The notes under the pieces were generated by a model. It ran no database searches and had not been told where the DNA came from. It was given only the letters and a program-made list of their open reading frames with translations. A stretch of DNA of 64,000 nt from Comamonas sp. lk. Its GTDB lineage: Bacteria > Pseudomonadota > Gammaproteobacteria > Burkholderiales > Burkholderiaceae_C. How positions within the stretch are numbered: the stretch's first letter is position 1; each line of letters begins with the position of its first letter. The stretch covers positions 2,782-66,781 of the forward strand of contig CAMATX010000003.1 of the NCBI GenBank assembly GCA_945861345.1, read 5' to 3'. This document shows positions 12,299 through 21,307 of this stretch, one piece after another. Made by a program: the position numbers and the translations under genes.

Positions 12299-13501
12299 TT
12301 ACCAGTTGGACTCGCGTTCGGGGCTGGCGCTGATTTTGTGGATGGCCAGGTCGGCGCCGTCAAACTCATCTTCCTGGCTGAGCCGCAGGCCCATGGTGAC
12401 TTTAAGTACACCGTAAACCAAAAAACCGCTGAACAGCGCCCACAAGACGCCCAAAGCCGTGCCGGCGCACTGCGCTGCCAGACTCACGCCGCCCAATCCG
12501 CCCAAAGCGGGCAGCCCAAACAGGCCGGCGGCGATGCCGCCCCAGGTGCCGCACAGGCCGTGCAGCGGCCAAACACCCAGGACGTCGTCGACCTTCCATT
12601 TGTTTTGGGTCAGGGTGAACATCCATACAAATATGGCGCCCGCCACGCCGCCAACGACCAAAGCGCCCAGCGGGTGCATCAGGTCCGAGCCGGCGCACAC
12701 GGCGACCAAGCCCGCCAGCGGGCCGTTATGCACAAAGCCGGGATCGTTTTTGCCGAGCACCAGCGCCACCAAGGTGCCGCCGACCATGGCCATGAGTGAA
12801 TTGACGGCCACCAGCCCGGAGATTTTGTCCAGCGTCTGCGCGCTCATGACATTAAAACCAAACCAACCCACCGTCAGCACCCAGGCGCCTAAGGCCAAAA
12901 AAGGAATGCTGGAGGGCGGATGCGCCGAAATGGCGCCGTCTTTGCGGTAGCGGTTGCTGCGCGCGCCGAGCAGCAGCACGGCGCCCAAAGCCACCCAGCC
13001 ACCCACCGCGTGTACCACCACACTGCCGGCAAAGTCGTGGAACTCGGCGCCAGTGCGCGCCAACAGCCAGGCCTGGACGCCCAGCTTTTGGTTCCAGGCG
13101 ACACCCTCAAACAGCGGGTAGACCAGCCCGACCAATACGGCAGTGGCAATCAGCTGCGGCCAAAACTTGGCACGCTCGGCAATCCCGCCCGAAATAATGG
13201 CCGGAATAGCAGCCGCAAAGGTTAAGAGGAAAAAGAACTTGACCAGCGCATAGCCATTGTTGGCCGCCAGTTGATCGGCGCCAACGAAAAAGTCAGTCCC
13301 GTAGGCCACGCTGTAGCCGATTAAAAAATAGGCCACGGCCGAGACTGAAAAATCGGCCAGGATTTTGACCAGCGCGTTGACCTGGTTTTTGCGCCTAACC
13401 GTTCCCAGTTCCAAAAACGCGAAACCCGCATGCATGGCCAGCACCATGATGGCGCCCAACAATATAAATAGCGTGCTTGCGCCCTGTTCCAGTGCACCCA
13501 T
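12299..13501 (-). CDS. amtB: Ammonium transporter (Amt family)
   Basis: 400 aa polytopic membrane protein with Amt-family sequence throughout (LAMHAGFAFLELG, VVHAVGGWVALGAVLLLG, VWPLHGLCGTWGGIAAG). Confidence 0.93.
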   Translation of the reverse strand: MGALEQGASTLFILLGAIMVLAMHAGFAFLELGTVRRKNQVNALVKILADFSVSAVAYFLIGYSVAYGTDFFVGADQLAANNGYALVKFFFLLTFAAAIPAIISGGIAERAKFWPQLIATAVLVGLVYPLFEGVAWNQKLGVQAWLLARTGAEFHDFAGSVVVHAVGGWVALGAVLLLGARSNRYRKDGAISAHPPSSIPFLALGAWVLTVGWFGFNVMSAQTLDKISGLVAVNSLMAMVGGTLVALVLGKNDPGFVHNGPLAGLVAVCAGSDLMHPLGALVVGGVAGAIFVWMFTLTQNKWKVDDVLGVWPLHGLCGTWGGIAAGLFGLPALGGLGGVSLAAQCAGTALGVLWALFSGFLVYGVLKVTMGLRLSQEDEFDGADLAIHKISASPERESNW

Positions 13502-13573
13502 ACATGTCTCCGTAAATTTTTTGCATTATTTTGGTGCGCATTTGGAGCAACACCCGCGAATGCACTAAAAGTA

Positions 13574-13589
13574 AGCAAAATTTACGCCA
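13574..13589 (-). promoter_or_regulatory. Candidate sigma-54 (-24/-12) promoter for amtB: TGGCGT-aaatt-TTGCT
   Basis: The minus strand reads TGGCGTAAATTTTGCT. This matches TGGCAC-N5-TTGCW, including the invariant GG and GC with correct spacing, about 70 nt upstream of the amtB ATG. Confidence 0.45.
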
Positions 13590-13667
13590 AATTTGGTGCG
13601 CAGGGCTTGCGGCGATACTCGGGGCATCGCCGCGTTGCGGCCTAGGCTAGTATTTTTCGTCTGCACC

Positions 13668-14228
13668 ATGGAAGCATTTCTCGTCTCTACCGGTATCGTC
13701 GCCCTGGCAGAAATGGGCGACAAAACACAGCTGCTGGCCCTGATTTTGGCGGTGCGTTTTCGCAAGCCCATTCCCATCGTGCTGGGCATTTTTGTGGCCA
13801 CCATCGTCAACCACGGCTTGGCCGGCGCGCTGGGTGCCTGGTTGACGCAGGTGATGGGACCCGATCTTTTGCGCTGGGTGCTGGGGGCATCGTTTATCGC
13901 GATGGCCGTATGGATGCTGATTCCGGACACCATGGACGAGCAAGAAGAAGGCGAGGAGCCGCGTTGGGGTGTTTTCGGCACCACCGTCATCGCCTTTTTT
14001 CTGGCAGAAATGGGCGACAAAACCCAGATTGCCACCGTCATGCTGGCCGCGCGCTTTGACGCCTATTACTGGGTCGTAGCAGGCACCACGCTGGGCATGA
14101 TGCTGGCCAATGTGCCGGTGGTTTATTTGGGCGAGCGCATGACGCGGCTGGTGCCTATGCGCGTGGTGCATATCGTCTCGGCGCTGGTGTTTGCGGTGCT
14201 GGGCGTGCTGGCGCTAATGCCAATTTAA
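13668..14228 (+). CDS. UPF0016 / GDT1-TMEM165 family cation (Mn2+/Ca2+) transporter
   Basis: The ExGDKT motif appears twice (AEMGDKTQ at both repeats) in a hydrophobic protein. I prefer ATG at 13668 over the track start 13593, which adds a non-hydrophobic Arg-rich leader. Confidence 0.85.
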   Translation: MEAFLVSTGIVALAEMGDKTQLLALILAVRFRKPIPIVLGIFVATIVNHGLAGALGAWLTQVMGPDLLRWVLGASFIAMAVWMLIPDTMDEQEEGEEPRWGVFGTTVIAFFLAEMGDKTQIATVMLAARFDAYYWVVAGTTLGMMLANVPVVYLGERMTRLVPMRVVHIVSALVFAVLGVLALMPI

Positions 14229-14339
14229 GCCTGGGACGCACAAACAGGCGTTGCTATACTTTGGCCACAGCGCCAATTTGCTCCAGCTTGCGGGCGCTTA
14301 ATAAATACAGCTAAACACGGACCCCCGCGATCATTGGTG

Positions 14340-14377
14340 ACCCGGCCCCGCGTGCAGCGTTGCCGGGTTTTGTTTTT
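14340..14377 (+). terminator. Intrinsic terminator/attenuator hairpin plus TTTTGTTTTT directly abutting the metX ATG
   Basis: ACCCGGC..(CGC-gtgca-GCG)..GCCGGGT stem at 14340-14368, followed by a T-tract at 14368-14377. The ATG is at 14378. Confidence 0.5.
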
Positions 14378-15532
14378 ATGTTGATTGCCTCGTCCCAGTC
14401 CATGCACTTTGAAGCGCCTTTGCCTTTGCAAAGCGGCGCCTCTATCCGTGCCTACGAGCTGGCTTTTGAGACCTACGGCACGCTCAACGGCGACCGGTCC
14501 AACGCTGTACTGATCTGCCACGCGCTCAATGCATCGCACCATGTCGCGGGTGTGTATGCCGACCAGCCCCAATCGGCGGGCTGGTGGGACAGCATGATCG
14601 GGCCGGGCAAGCCCGTGGACACCAATCGCTTCTTCGTTATTGGCGTAAACAACCTGGGCTCGTGTTTTGGCTCGACCGGGCCGATGCACGCGCACCCCGA
14701 CAGCGCCGACGGCCAGGTCTATGGCGCCGATTTTCCGGTAGTCACCGTGGAAGACTGGGTGGACGCACAGGCGCGTCTGCTGGACCGCTTGGGCATCCAA
14801 ACGCTGGCCGCCGTGATGGGCGGGAGCTTAGGCGGCATGCAAGCGCTGGCCTGGACGCTGCAATACCCCGCGCGCGTGCGCCGCGCGGTGGTGGTGGCCA
14901 GTGCGCCCAACCTGACCGCCGAAAACATTGCCTTTAACGAGGTGGCCCGCCGCGCCATCGTGACCGACCCGGATTTTCATGGTGGCCACTTTTACCGCCA
15001 CGGCACCGTGCCCAAGCGCGGCCTGCGCATTGCCCGCATGATCGGGCACATCACCTACCTGAGCGACGATGTGATGAACGCCAAGTTTGGCCGCCAACTG
15101 CGCAGCACCGTGCAAGAGGCCGCCGCCAGCAGCGACTACCGCTACAGCACGCAAGAGGTGGAATTCCAAATAGAGAGCTATCTGCGCTACCAGGGCGACA
15201 AGTTTGCCGACTACTTTGATGCCAACACCTATTTGCTGATCACGCGGGCGCTGGACTACTTTGACCCGGCGCGCCGCTTTGGCGGCAGCCTGACTGCTGC
15301 ACTGGCACCGGCGCGCAGCAAGTTTTTGCTGGTGAGCTTTGTCACCGACTGGCGCTTTGCACCCGCGCGCAGCCGCGAAATCGTCAAAGCGCTGCTGGAC
15401 AACCAGCGCGACGTCAGCTACGCCGAAATCGACGCGCCACACGGCCATGACGCATTTTTGCTAGACGACAAGCGCTACCACAGCGTGGTGCGCTCTTACT
15501 TTGCATCCCTGGCTGCCGAGGTCGGTGTATGA
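14378..15532 (+). CDS. metX: Homoserine O-acyltransferase (MetX family; acetyl vs succinyl specificity not decidable)
   Basis: [58 protein letters not shown] matches MetX N-termini. It has the [10 protein letters not shown] nucleophile elbow and is followed by metW. The track start 14360 (TTG) lies inside the terminator hairpin. Confidence 0.9.
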   Translation: MLIASSQSMHFEAPLPLQSGASIRAYELAFETYGTLNGDRSNAVLICHALNASHHVAGVYADQPQSAGWWDSMIGPGKPVDTNRFFVIGVNNLGSCFGSTGPMHAHPDSADGQVYGADFPVVTVEDWVDAQARLLDRLGIQTLAAVMGGSLGGMQALAWTLQYPARVRRAVVVASAPNLTAENIAFNEVARRAIVTDPDFHGGHFYRHGTVPKRGLRIARMIGHITYLSDDVMNAKFGRQLRSTVQEAAASSDYRYSTQEVEFQIESYLRYQGDKFADYFDANTYLLITRALDYFDPARRFGGSLTAALAPARSKFLLVSFVTDWRFAPARSREIVKALLDNQRDVSYAEIDAPHGHDAFLLDDKRYHSVVRSYFASLAAEVGV

Positions 15533-16110
15533 GCGACGCCAGCATCCAGCACGCCCTGGCCCAACTGGTGCCCGAAGGCGCGCGCGTGCTGGACCTGGGC
15601 TGCGGCGACGGCGCCATGCTGGCCCACCTGCAGGCCACACGCGGCTGCGGCGGCTACGGCGTAGAGATTGACGACGCCAATGTGCTGGCCTGCGTGCAGC
15701 GCGGCGTGAACGTCATCCAGCTCAACCTGGACGAAGGCCTGGCAATGTTTGACGACGCCTCCTTTGACGTGGTGCTGCAAATCGACACCCTGCAGCACCT
15801 GCGCAATGCCGAAGTCATGCTGCGCGAGACGGCGCGGGTGGGACGCATCGGCATCGTCGCTTTCCCTAATTTTGCGCACTGGCCCAACCGCTTAAGCGTG
15901 CTGCAAGGGCGCATGCCTGTGACCAAGCGCCTGCCCTACCAGTGGTACGACACGCCCAACATCCGCGTGGGCACGCACGCCGATCTGGGTGACCTGGCCC
16001 GGCGCAACGGCCTGCGCGTGATCGACAGCTTCGGCCTGCAAAACGGCGAAGTGGTGCGCTGCTTGCCCAACTGGCGCGCCGGTACCTCGGTGTACAAACT
16101 GGCTCGCTGA
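15529..16110 (+). CDS. metW: Methionine biosynthesis protein MetW
   Basis: 193 aa with the SAM-MTase-like motif VLDLGCGDG. It overlaps the metX stop, the canonical metXW pairing. Confidence 0.9.
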   Translation: MSDASIQHALAQLVPEGARVLDLGCGDGAMLAHLQATRGCGGYGVEIDDANVLACVQRGVNVIQLNLDEGLAMFDDASFDVVLQIDTLQHLRNAEVMLRETARVGRIGIVAFPNFAHWPNRLSVLQGRMPVTKRLPYQWYDTPNIRVGTHADLGDLARRNGLRVIDSFGLQNGEVVRCLPNWRAGTSVYKLAR

Positions 16111-16126
16111 CCCAGCCCCAAGGCCG

Positions 16127-16843
16127 CTAGCAACCCAGTTGCTGCGCCAGATCCAAAAGATCGCGCGCATGCATGCCCTTGAGTGCGCGGGGGCTGACGT
16201 CCTTTACCTGACCAGCGCCAAACTCCAGCGAGCGCTCGATATAAGCGGTTTGCAAACCGCAGGCGCGGGCGCCCTCCAAATCGTCATGGTGGGCGGCCAC
16301 CAGCATCACCTGCTCCGGCGGCACACCAAACACGCGGGCCACGCCGCCGTAGGTGCGCGGGTCGGGCTTGTAGGCGCCAAACACTTCGGCGCTCAGGATG
16401 CAGTCCCAGGGCAGGGCGGCGCGCTTGGACAGGCGCGTGAGTAAGTTGAGGTTGCCGTTGGACAAGGTGCAAATTACAAAGCGGCTTTTCAGGCGGCCTA
16501 AGCCCTCCAGCACGTCAGGCCAGGGATCGAGACGGTGCCAGACGCGGTTGAGCTCGACGCGCTCGGCCTCCTCCAGATGCGCCAGTCCGAAGCCGGGCAA
16601 GATGCTGTCCAAAATCATGCGGTGCAAATCGTCGATCAGGGTCCAGGGCAGCTCGCCGGCCATCACGCGGCGCATGGCCGGCTGGTAACCGGCGCGCCAG
16701 GCCAGGGCAAAAGCATCGCCATCGACCTGCGGATAGGTAGCCCCGATTTCACGGGCAATGCTGCCGTGCCAATCGACCACGGTGCCGAAAATATCAAAGG
16801 CCAAAACCTGGGGTGCGTGCGTGTGCTGTGCCATGGCCACCAT
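16127..16843 (-). CDS. HAD-superfamily hydrolase, haloacid dehalogenase type II-like
   Basis: Has motif I AFDIFGTVVDW and a downstream HAD core. The start was chosen at an internal ATG (16843 or 16834) so that it does not overlap the divergent M20 gene. Confidence 0.8.
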   Translation of the reverse strand: MVAMAQHTHAPQVLAFDIFGTVVDWHGSIAREIGATYPQVDGDAFALAWRAGYQPAMRRVMAGELPWTLIDDLHRMILDSILPGFGLAHLEEAERVELNRVWHRLDPWPDVLEGLGRLKSRFVICTLSNGNLNLLTRLSKRAALPWDCILSAEVFGAYKPDPRTYGGVARVFGVPPEQVMLVAAHHDDLEGARACGLQTAYIERSLEFGAGQVKDVSPRALKGMHARDLLDLAQQLGC

Positions 16844-16919
16844 CCGTGAAGTGCTTGGGCGGCCATCATAGAACGCTGTCGTGGCATCATGCGCACTGAC
16901 AACGATTGGAGAAAACACC

Positions 16920-18392
16920 ATGACCGCCCGCCTACCGGATTCCGTGCTCAACACCACCCAAGCCCTGGCCCACGTCAGCCAGGCCTGGGACGGCGATATC
17001 GTGCAGCGCCTGAGCGACTACATTGCCATCCCCGCCAAGTCGCCGATGTTTGACGCCGACTGGGCGGCCCACGGTTATTTAGAGACGGTTGTGCGCAACA
17101 CCGCCAGCTGGATCGAATCGCAAAAAGTGCCCGGCCTCACGCTCGAAGTCGTGCGCCTGCCCGGGCGCACGCCGGTGCTGCTGTTTGAAGTGGACGCCAC
17201 CCGCAGCAGCGAGGCGGGCGCCTCCACCCAGACGGTGCTGATGTACGGCCACTTGGACAAGCAGCCCGAGTTTTCGGGCTGGCGCAAAGACCTGGGACCC
17301 TGGACACCCAAGTACGAAGACGGCAAGCTGTATGGGCGCGGCGGCGCCGATGATGGCTACGCGGCCTATGCCGCCATCGCCGCCATCCAGGCCCTCAAGG
17401 ACCAAAAGGTGGCGCATCCGCGCATCATCGGCCTGATCGAAACCTGCGAGGAAAGCGGCTCCTACGATTTGCTGCCCTACGTGGACGCACTGCGCACACG
17501 CCTGGGCGATGTGGGCCTGGTGGTCTGCCTCGATTCGGGCGCGGGCAATTACGATCAGTTGTGGTTAACCAATAGTTTGCGCGGCATGGCCAGCGGCGTG
17601 CTGCGGGTGGATGTGCTGACCGAGGGCGTACATTCGGGCGACGCCAGCGGCGTGGTGCCCTCCAGCTTTCGGGTTTTGCGCCAGGTCTTGGACCGGCTGG
17701 AAGACAGCGCCACCGGACGCTTGCTGCCGGGCATCTTCCACTGCGAAGTGCCGCCCGAGCGCTTGGCGCAGGCGCGCGCCACCGCAAACATTTTGGGCGA
17801 CGAGGTGTACAAGCGCTTTCCCTGGGCGCATTACGACTGCGGTGGCGCCACCCAATCGGTGCTGCCCACCACCACCGACCCGCTGCAAGCCCTGCTCAAC
17901 CGCACCTGGATGCCCACGCTCAGCGTCACCGGCGCCGAAGGCTTTCCGGCCATGAAAGACGCGGGCAATGTGCTGCGGCCCTACACCGCCTTCAAGCTGT
18001 CGCTGCGCCTGCCGCCGCTGGTGGAAGCGGCCACGGCGGTGCAAGCGCTCAAAACCTTGCTCGAGGACAACGCGCCTTACCAGGCCAAAGTCACTTTTGA
18101 GTCCAGCGGTGGCGCCACCGGCTGGAACGCGCCCGACACTGCGCCTTGGTTTGAGCAGGCGCTGCAAGACGCCTCGCAAGCGCACTTTGGCGCGGGCTGC
18201 GGCTACATCGGTCAAGGCGGCACGATTCCGCTGATGAATATGCTCAGCCAAGGCTTCCCCAAAGCGCAAATGATGGTCTGCGGCGTGCTCGGCCCCAAGA
18301 GCAACGCGCACGGGCCCAATGAGTTTTTGCATGTGCCCTACGCCAAAAAGCTCACTGCTGCCGTGGCCCAAGTCATCGCGCGCTTTCCTTAA
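16920..18392 (+). CDS. M20-family metallopeptidase (dipeptidase-like)
   Basis: MTARLPDS start preceded by GGAG. It has the M20 motifs MYGHLDKQP and GRGGADDGY. Confidence 0.85.
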   Translation: MTARLPDSVLNTTQALAHVSQAWDGDIVQRLSDYIAIPAKSPMFDADWAAHGYLETVVRNTASWIESQKVPGLTLEVVRLPGRTPVLLFEVDATRSSEAGASTQTVLMYGHLDKQPEFSGWRKDLGPWTPKYEDGKLYGRGGADDGYAAYAAIAAIQALKDQKVAHPRIIGLIETCEESGSYDLLPYVDALRTRLGDVGLVVCLDSGAGNYDQLWLTNSLRGMASGVLRVDVLTEGVHSGDASGVVPSSFRVLRQVLDRLEDSATGRLLPGIFHCEVPPERLAQARATANILGDEVYKRFPWAHYDCGGATQSVLPTTTDPLQALLNRTWMPTLSVTGAEGFPAMKDAGNVLRPYTAFKLSLRLPPLVEAATAVQALKTLLEDNAPYQAKVTFESSGGATGWNAPDTAPWFEQALQDASQAHFGAGCGYIGQGGTIPLMNMLSQGFPKAQMMVCGVLGPKSNAHGPNEFLHVPYAKKLTAAVAQVIARFP

Positions 18393-18410
18393 CCGCACCG
18401 GAGCACGGGC

Positions 18411-19289
18411 ATGACCGACACCTCTGTTACCACCACGCTCAGCGTCGGGCCGGGCCTGCCACTGAGCCTGCGCGACTGGCCCTTGGCCGACAACAGCGCG
18501 GCCCGTGCGCATGTGCTGATCGTGCACGGCCTGGGCGAGCATAGCGGGCGCTATGCGCATGTGGCGCAGCGCCTGAACGACTGGGGCTATGCGGTGCACA
18601 GCTTTGACCTGTGGGGCCACGGCCAATCGGGCGGCGAGCGCGGCAGCATGCGTGACGACTTCGCCCTGCTTGACGACCTGGCTGCGGTGGTAGACCACAC
18701 CCGCCAAGCGATGGCGCCCGGGCAGTCGTTGGTCTTGCTGGGCCACAGCCTGGGCGGGCTGCTGGCGGCGCGCTTTGTCTCGCTGGGCCTGCGCGCCATC
18801 GACGCCTTGGTGCTGTCCAGCCCGGCCTTGGATCCGGGGCTCAATGCTTTCCAAAAAATGCTGCTGGCCACGCTGCCAGGCATCGCGCCCAATCTGCGCG
18901 TGGGCAACGGTTTGCAGGTGAAATACCTGTCGCACGACCCGCAGGTGGTGGCCGCCTACCAAGCCGACCCGCTGGTGCACGACCGCATTTGCGCGCGCCT
19001 GGCCTTGTTCATCGCCCAGGCCGGCCGCCAAACCCTGGCCTGCGCGGGCCAATGGCGCACGCCCACGTTGCTGCTCTACGCCGGCCAGGACAAGCTGGTC
19101 AGCCCCCAAGGCAGCCGCGACTTTGTGGCCCAGGCACCGGGCGCTTTTGTGCAGCACCTGTGCTTTGAAAACCTCTTTCACGAAATCTTTAACGAAGCCG
19201 AGGCCGGCCCCGTGTTTGCCGCCCTGCAACAGTGGCTCTTCGTGGGCTGGGACGATGTGACGGCCGCCAATGCGGCTGGGGCGACGTAA
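18411..19289 (+). CDS. Alpha/beta hydrolase (lysophospholipase / monoacylglycerol lipase-like)
   Basis: 292 aa with HG oxyanion motif LIVHGLGEHSGRY and nucleophile elbow GHSLGG. Confidence 0.85.
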   Translation: MTDTSVTTTLSVGPGLPLSLRDWPLADNSAARAHVLIVHGLGEHSGRYAHVAQRLNDWGYAVHSFDLWGHGQSGGERGSMRDDFALLDDLAAVVDHTRQAMAPGQSLVLLGHSLGGLLAARFVSLGLRAIDALVLSSPALDPGLNAFQKMLLATLPGIAPNLRVGNGLQVKYLSHDPQVVAAYQADPLVHDRICARLALFIAQAGRQTLACAGQWRTPTLLLYAGQDKLVSPQGSRDFVAQAPGAFVQHLCFENLFHEIFNEAEAGPVFAALQQWLFVGWDDVTAANAAGAT

Positions 19290-19303
19290 AACATTCTATT
19301 TTA

Positions 19304-19340
19304 CATTGATATTTTAACGTAATACGTTACAATATCAATG
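19304..19340. promoter_or_regulatory. 37-bp AT-rich near-perfect palindrome overlapping the ATPase start codon
   Basis: CATTGATATTTTAACGTA-A-TACGTTACAATATCAATG. I checked pair by pair and 17 of 18 arm positions are complementary. The last 3 nt are the ATG at 19338. Confidence 0.55.
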
Positions 19341-20510
19341 ATGATACCCCGTCAATCTCTCCAAACCTTGCGCCAGCGCCTGCTAGAGGCGCCCGCCGTG
19401 GTGCTGCTGGGGCCGCGCCAAGTGGGCAAGACCACGCTCGCTCTGGCCTTGGCGCAGCAGTGGCCCGGCGACACGGCCTACCTGGACTTGGAGCGCCCCG
19501 CAGACCGCCTGCGGCTGGAGGATGCAGATGCGTTTTTACGCGCCCAAGGCAGCAAGCTGGTCATCTTGGACGAGATCCACCGGATGCCGGGTTTGTTTGA
19601 AATTTTGCGCGGCATCATCGACGAACGGCGTAGAGCGGGCGAGCGCTTTGGGCATTTTCTGCTGCTCGGTTCGGCCTCACTGGAGCTGATGCAGCAAAGC
19701 AGCGAGACCCTTGCTGGCCGCGTGGCCTACCTGGACATTGGCCCTATCCAGGCGCTGGAGTGGACGGCGGCCGAACTGGACACGCTGTGGCTGCGCGGTG
19801 GCTTTCCGGACAGTCTGCTTGCCGCCAATGAGGGGGCCAGTTTGCGCTGGCGCGAAGACTTTGTGCGCAGCTACTTAGAGCGCGATGTGCCCATGTTCGC
19901 CCCACGCCTGCCAGCCCAAACCATAGGGCGCCTGTGGACCATGCTGGCCCACCAGCAAGGCGCGCTCTTGCAACAAAGCCGCCTGGCCAGCGGCCTGGGT
20001 GTCTCTAGCCCCGCAGTGGACCGCTACATCGACTTGCTGGTGGATTTACAAATTGTGCGCCGCCTGCGGCCCTGGAGCGGCAACATCGGCAAGCGCCTGG
20101 TCAAGGCGCCCAAGCTGTATGTGCGTGACAGCGGCCTGGTGCACGCGCTGCTGGGGATAGGCAGCCTGCACGACCTGGCGGGCCACCCGGTATGCGGGCC
20201 CAGCTACGAGGGCTTTTGCATCGACAACCTGCTGGCCGCAGCGCCGCCACAGTGCGTACCCTATTTCTACCGCAGCCACGCCGGGGCCGAGCTGGACCTG
20301 GTCCTGGAGCGAGCAGGCCAGCCGTGGATGGCTATTGAAATCAAACGCTCGAGCACGCCTGCGCTGAGCAAAGGTTTTGGCCTGGCGTGTGACGATTTGC
20401 AGATCAGCCAACGCTATGTCGTCTACCCGGGCGGCGAGCGCTTTGCGGTGCGCCAAGAGGCCACGGCGATCAGCCTGCCTGCGTTAATGCAGCAACTCCA
20501 AGCGGCCTAG
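19338..20510 (+). CDS. AAA+ ATPase with DUF4143-type C-terminal domain (COG1373-like)
   Basis: 390 aa with Walker A GPRQVGKTT, Walker B VILDEIH, and the C-terminal motif AELDLVLE...MAIEIKRS (a D..E.K pattern). Confidence 0.85.
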   Translation: MMIPRQSLQTLRQRLLEAPAVVLLGPRQVGKTTLALALAQQWPGDTAYLDLERPADRLRLEDADAFLRAQGSKLVILDEIHRMPGLFEILRGIIDERRRAGERFGHFLLLGSASLELMQQSSETLAGRVAYLDIGPIQALEWTAAELDTLWLRGGFPDSLLAANEGASLRWREDFVRSYLERDVPMFAPRLPAQTIGRLWTMLAHQQGALLQQSRLASGLGVSSPAVDRYIDLLVDLQIVRRLRPWSGNIGKRLVKAPKLYVRDSGLVHALLGIGSLHDLAGHPVCGPSYEGFCIDNLLAAAPPQCVPYFYRSHAGAELDLVLERAGQPWMAIEIKRSSTPALSKGFGLACDDLQISQRYVVYPGGERFAVRQEATAISLPALMQQLQAA

Positions 20511-20526
20511 GCCGCAGCCATCGCAC

Positions 20527-21300
20527 TCAGAGCAAAAGCGCCAGCGCGGCAAGTGCCGCCGTCTCGGCGCGCAACACCCGTGGCCCGAGCGACACGGGCT
20601 GGCAATGCGCGGCCAGGGCCAGCGCCTCTTCGGCCTCGGTCAGGCCGCCTTCGGGGCCGGAAACCACAAGCACCGGCTGCGTGCCCGTCATGCCCGGCCA
20701 AGCGCGCAAAGCGCCAGCACCGTCGCGCAAAGACAGCACCATGGCCTGCGGCGCAGCAGGCGCATGCGCAAAACTTGCTTGTACGCCTGCGGCCAAAAAC
20801 GCTTCCAGACTCTGCACCGGGTGCAGCAGCGGCACGCGGTTGCCACCGCACTGCTCGCAGGCCGAGATCGCCACGGCCTGCCAGTGGGCTACTTTTTTGT
20901 CTGCACGCTCGCCCGCCAGGCGCAGCACGCTGCGCCCGCTGATCAGGGGGAAGATCGCAGCAACGCCCAGCTCGGTGGCTTTTTCCACCAGCCAGTCCAT
21001 GCGCTCATTGGCCGGCATGGCCACGGCCATATAGACAGCGCGCGCCGCCTCGCGCTCCTGCGCCTGGTGCGCCAGCACGCGCACCTGCACCTGGCTGCGG
21101 CCCATGGCGGTGATCTCGGCGCTGAACTGGCCCGAGGGCGGCGCCGCCTGCTGTCCCCAATCCCAGCCCGGGCCGTGGTTGAATAATTCCAGGCTGTGGC
21201 CCGGCTGCATGCGCAGCACCTGCACATGGCGCGCCGCGCCGGGCGGCAAGTCCAGCACCTGACCGGCAGCCAAGGGCATAGGGCAATAAAAGCGCGGCAT
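20527..21300 (-). CDS. rsmE: 16S rRNA (uracil1498-N3)-methyltransferase
   Basis: MPRFYCPMPLAAGQVLDLPPGAARHVQVLRMQPG start, with the C-terminal SPOUT motif GPEGGLTEAE...SLGPRVLRAETA. Confidence 0.88.
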   Translation of the reverse strand: MPRFYCPMPLAAGQVLDLPPGAARHVQVLRMQPGHSLELFNHGPGWDWGQQAAPPSGQFSAEITAMGRSQVQVRVLAHQAQEREAARAVYMAVAMPANERMDWLVEKATELGVAAIFPLISGRSVLRLAGERADKKVAHWQAVAISACEQCGGNRVPLLHPVQSLEAFLAAGVQASFAHAPAAPQAMVLSLRDGAGALRAWPGMTGTQPVLVVSGPEGGLTEAEEALALAAHCQPVSLGPRVLRAETAALAALALLL

Positions 21301-21307
21301 GGGCGCC

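Noticed and set aside
13602-13667. yybP-ykoY manganese riboswitch upstream of the UPF0016 transporter.
   Set aside because: The leader is too short and lacks the conserved GGGGAGUAG-type core. It contains only a simple GGCGAT-N8-(c)ATCGCC hairpin.
17565-19229. 554-aa minus-strand ORF across the M20 peptidase and alpha/beta hydrolase genes. Similar long shadow ORFs lie at 1459-3135, 55417-56697, 51790-52749, 26793-27869 and 27656-28681.
   Set aside because: All are antisense to genes with clear family signatures and show Arg/Gly/Ala/Gln-rich nonsense composition.
20502-20515. Perfect palindrome GCGGCCTAGGCCGC at the ATPase stop codon, considered as an att site or terminator.
   Set aside because: It has no loop and no T-run, and no matching copy at the other end of the gene. 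It is most likely incidental.
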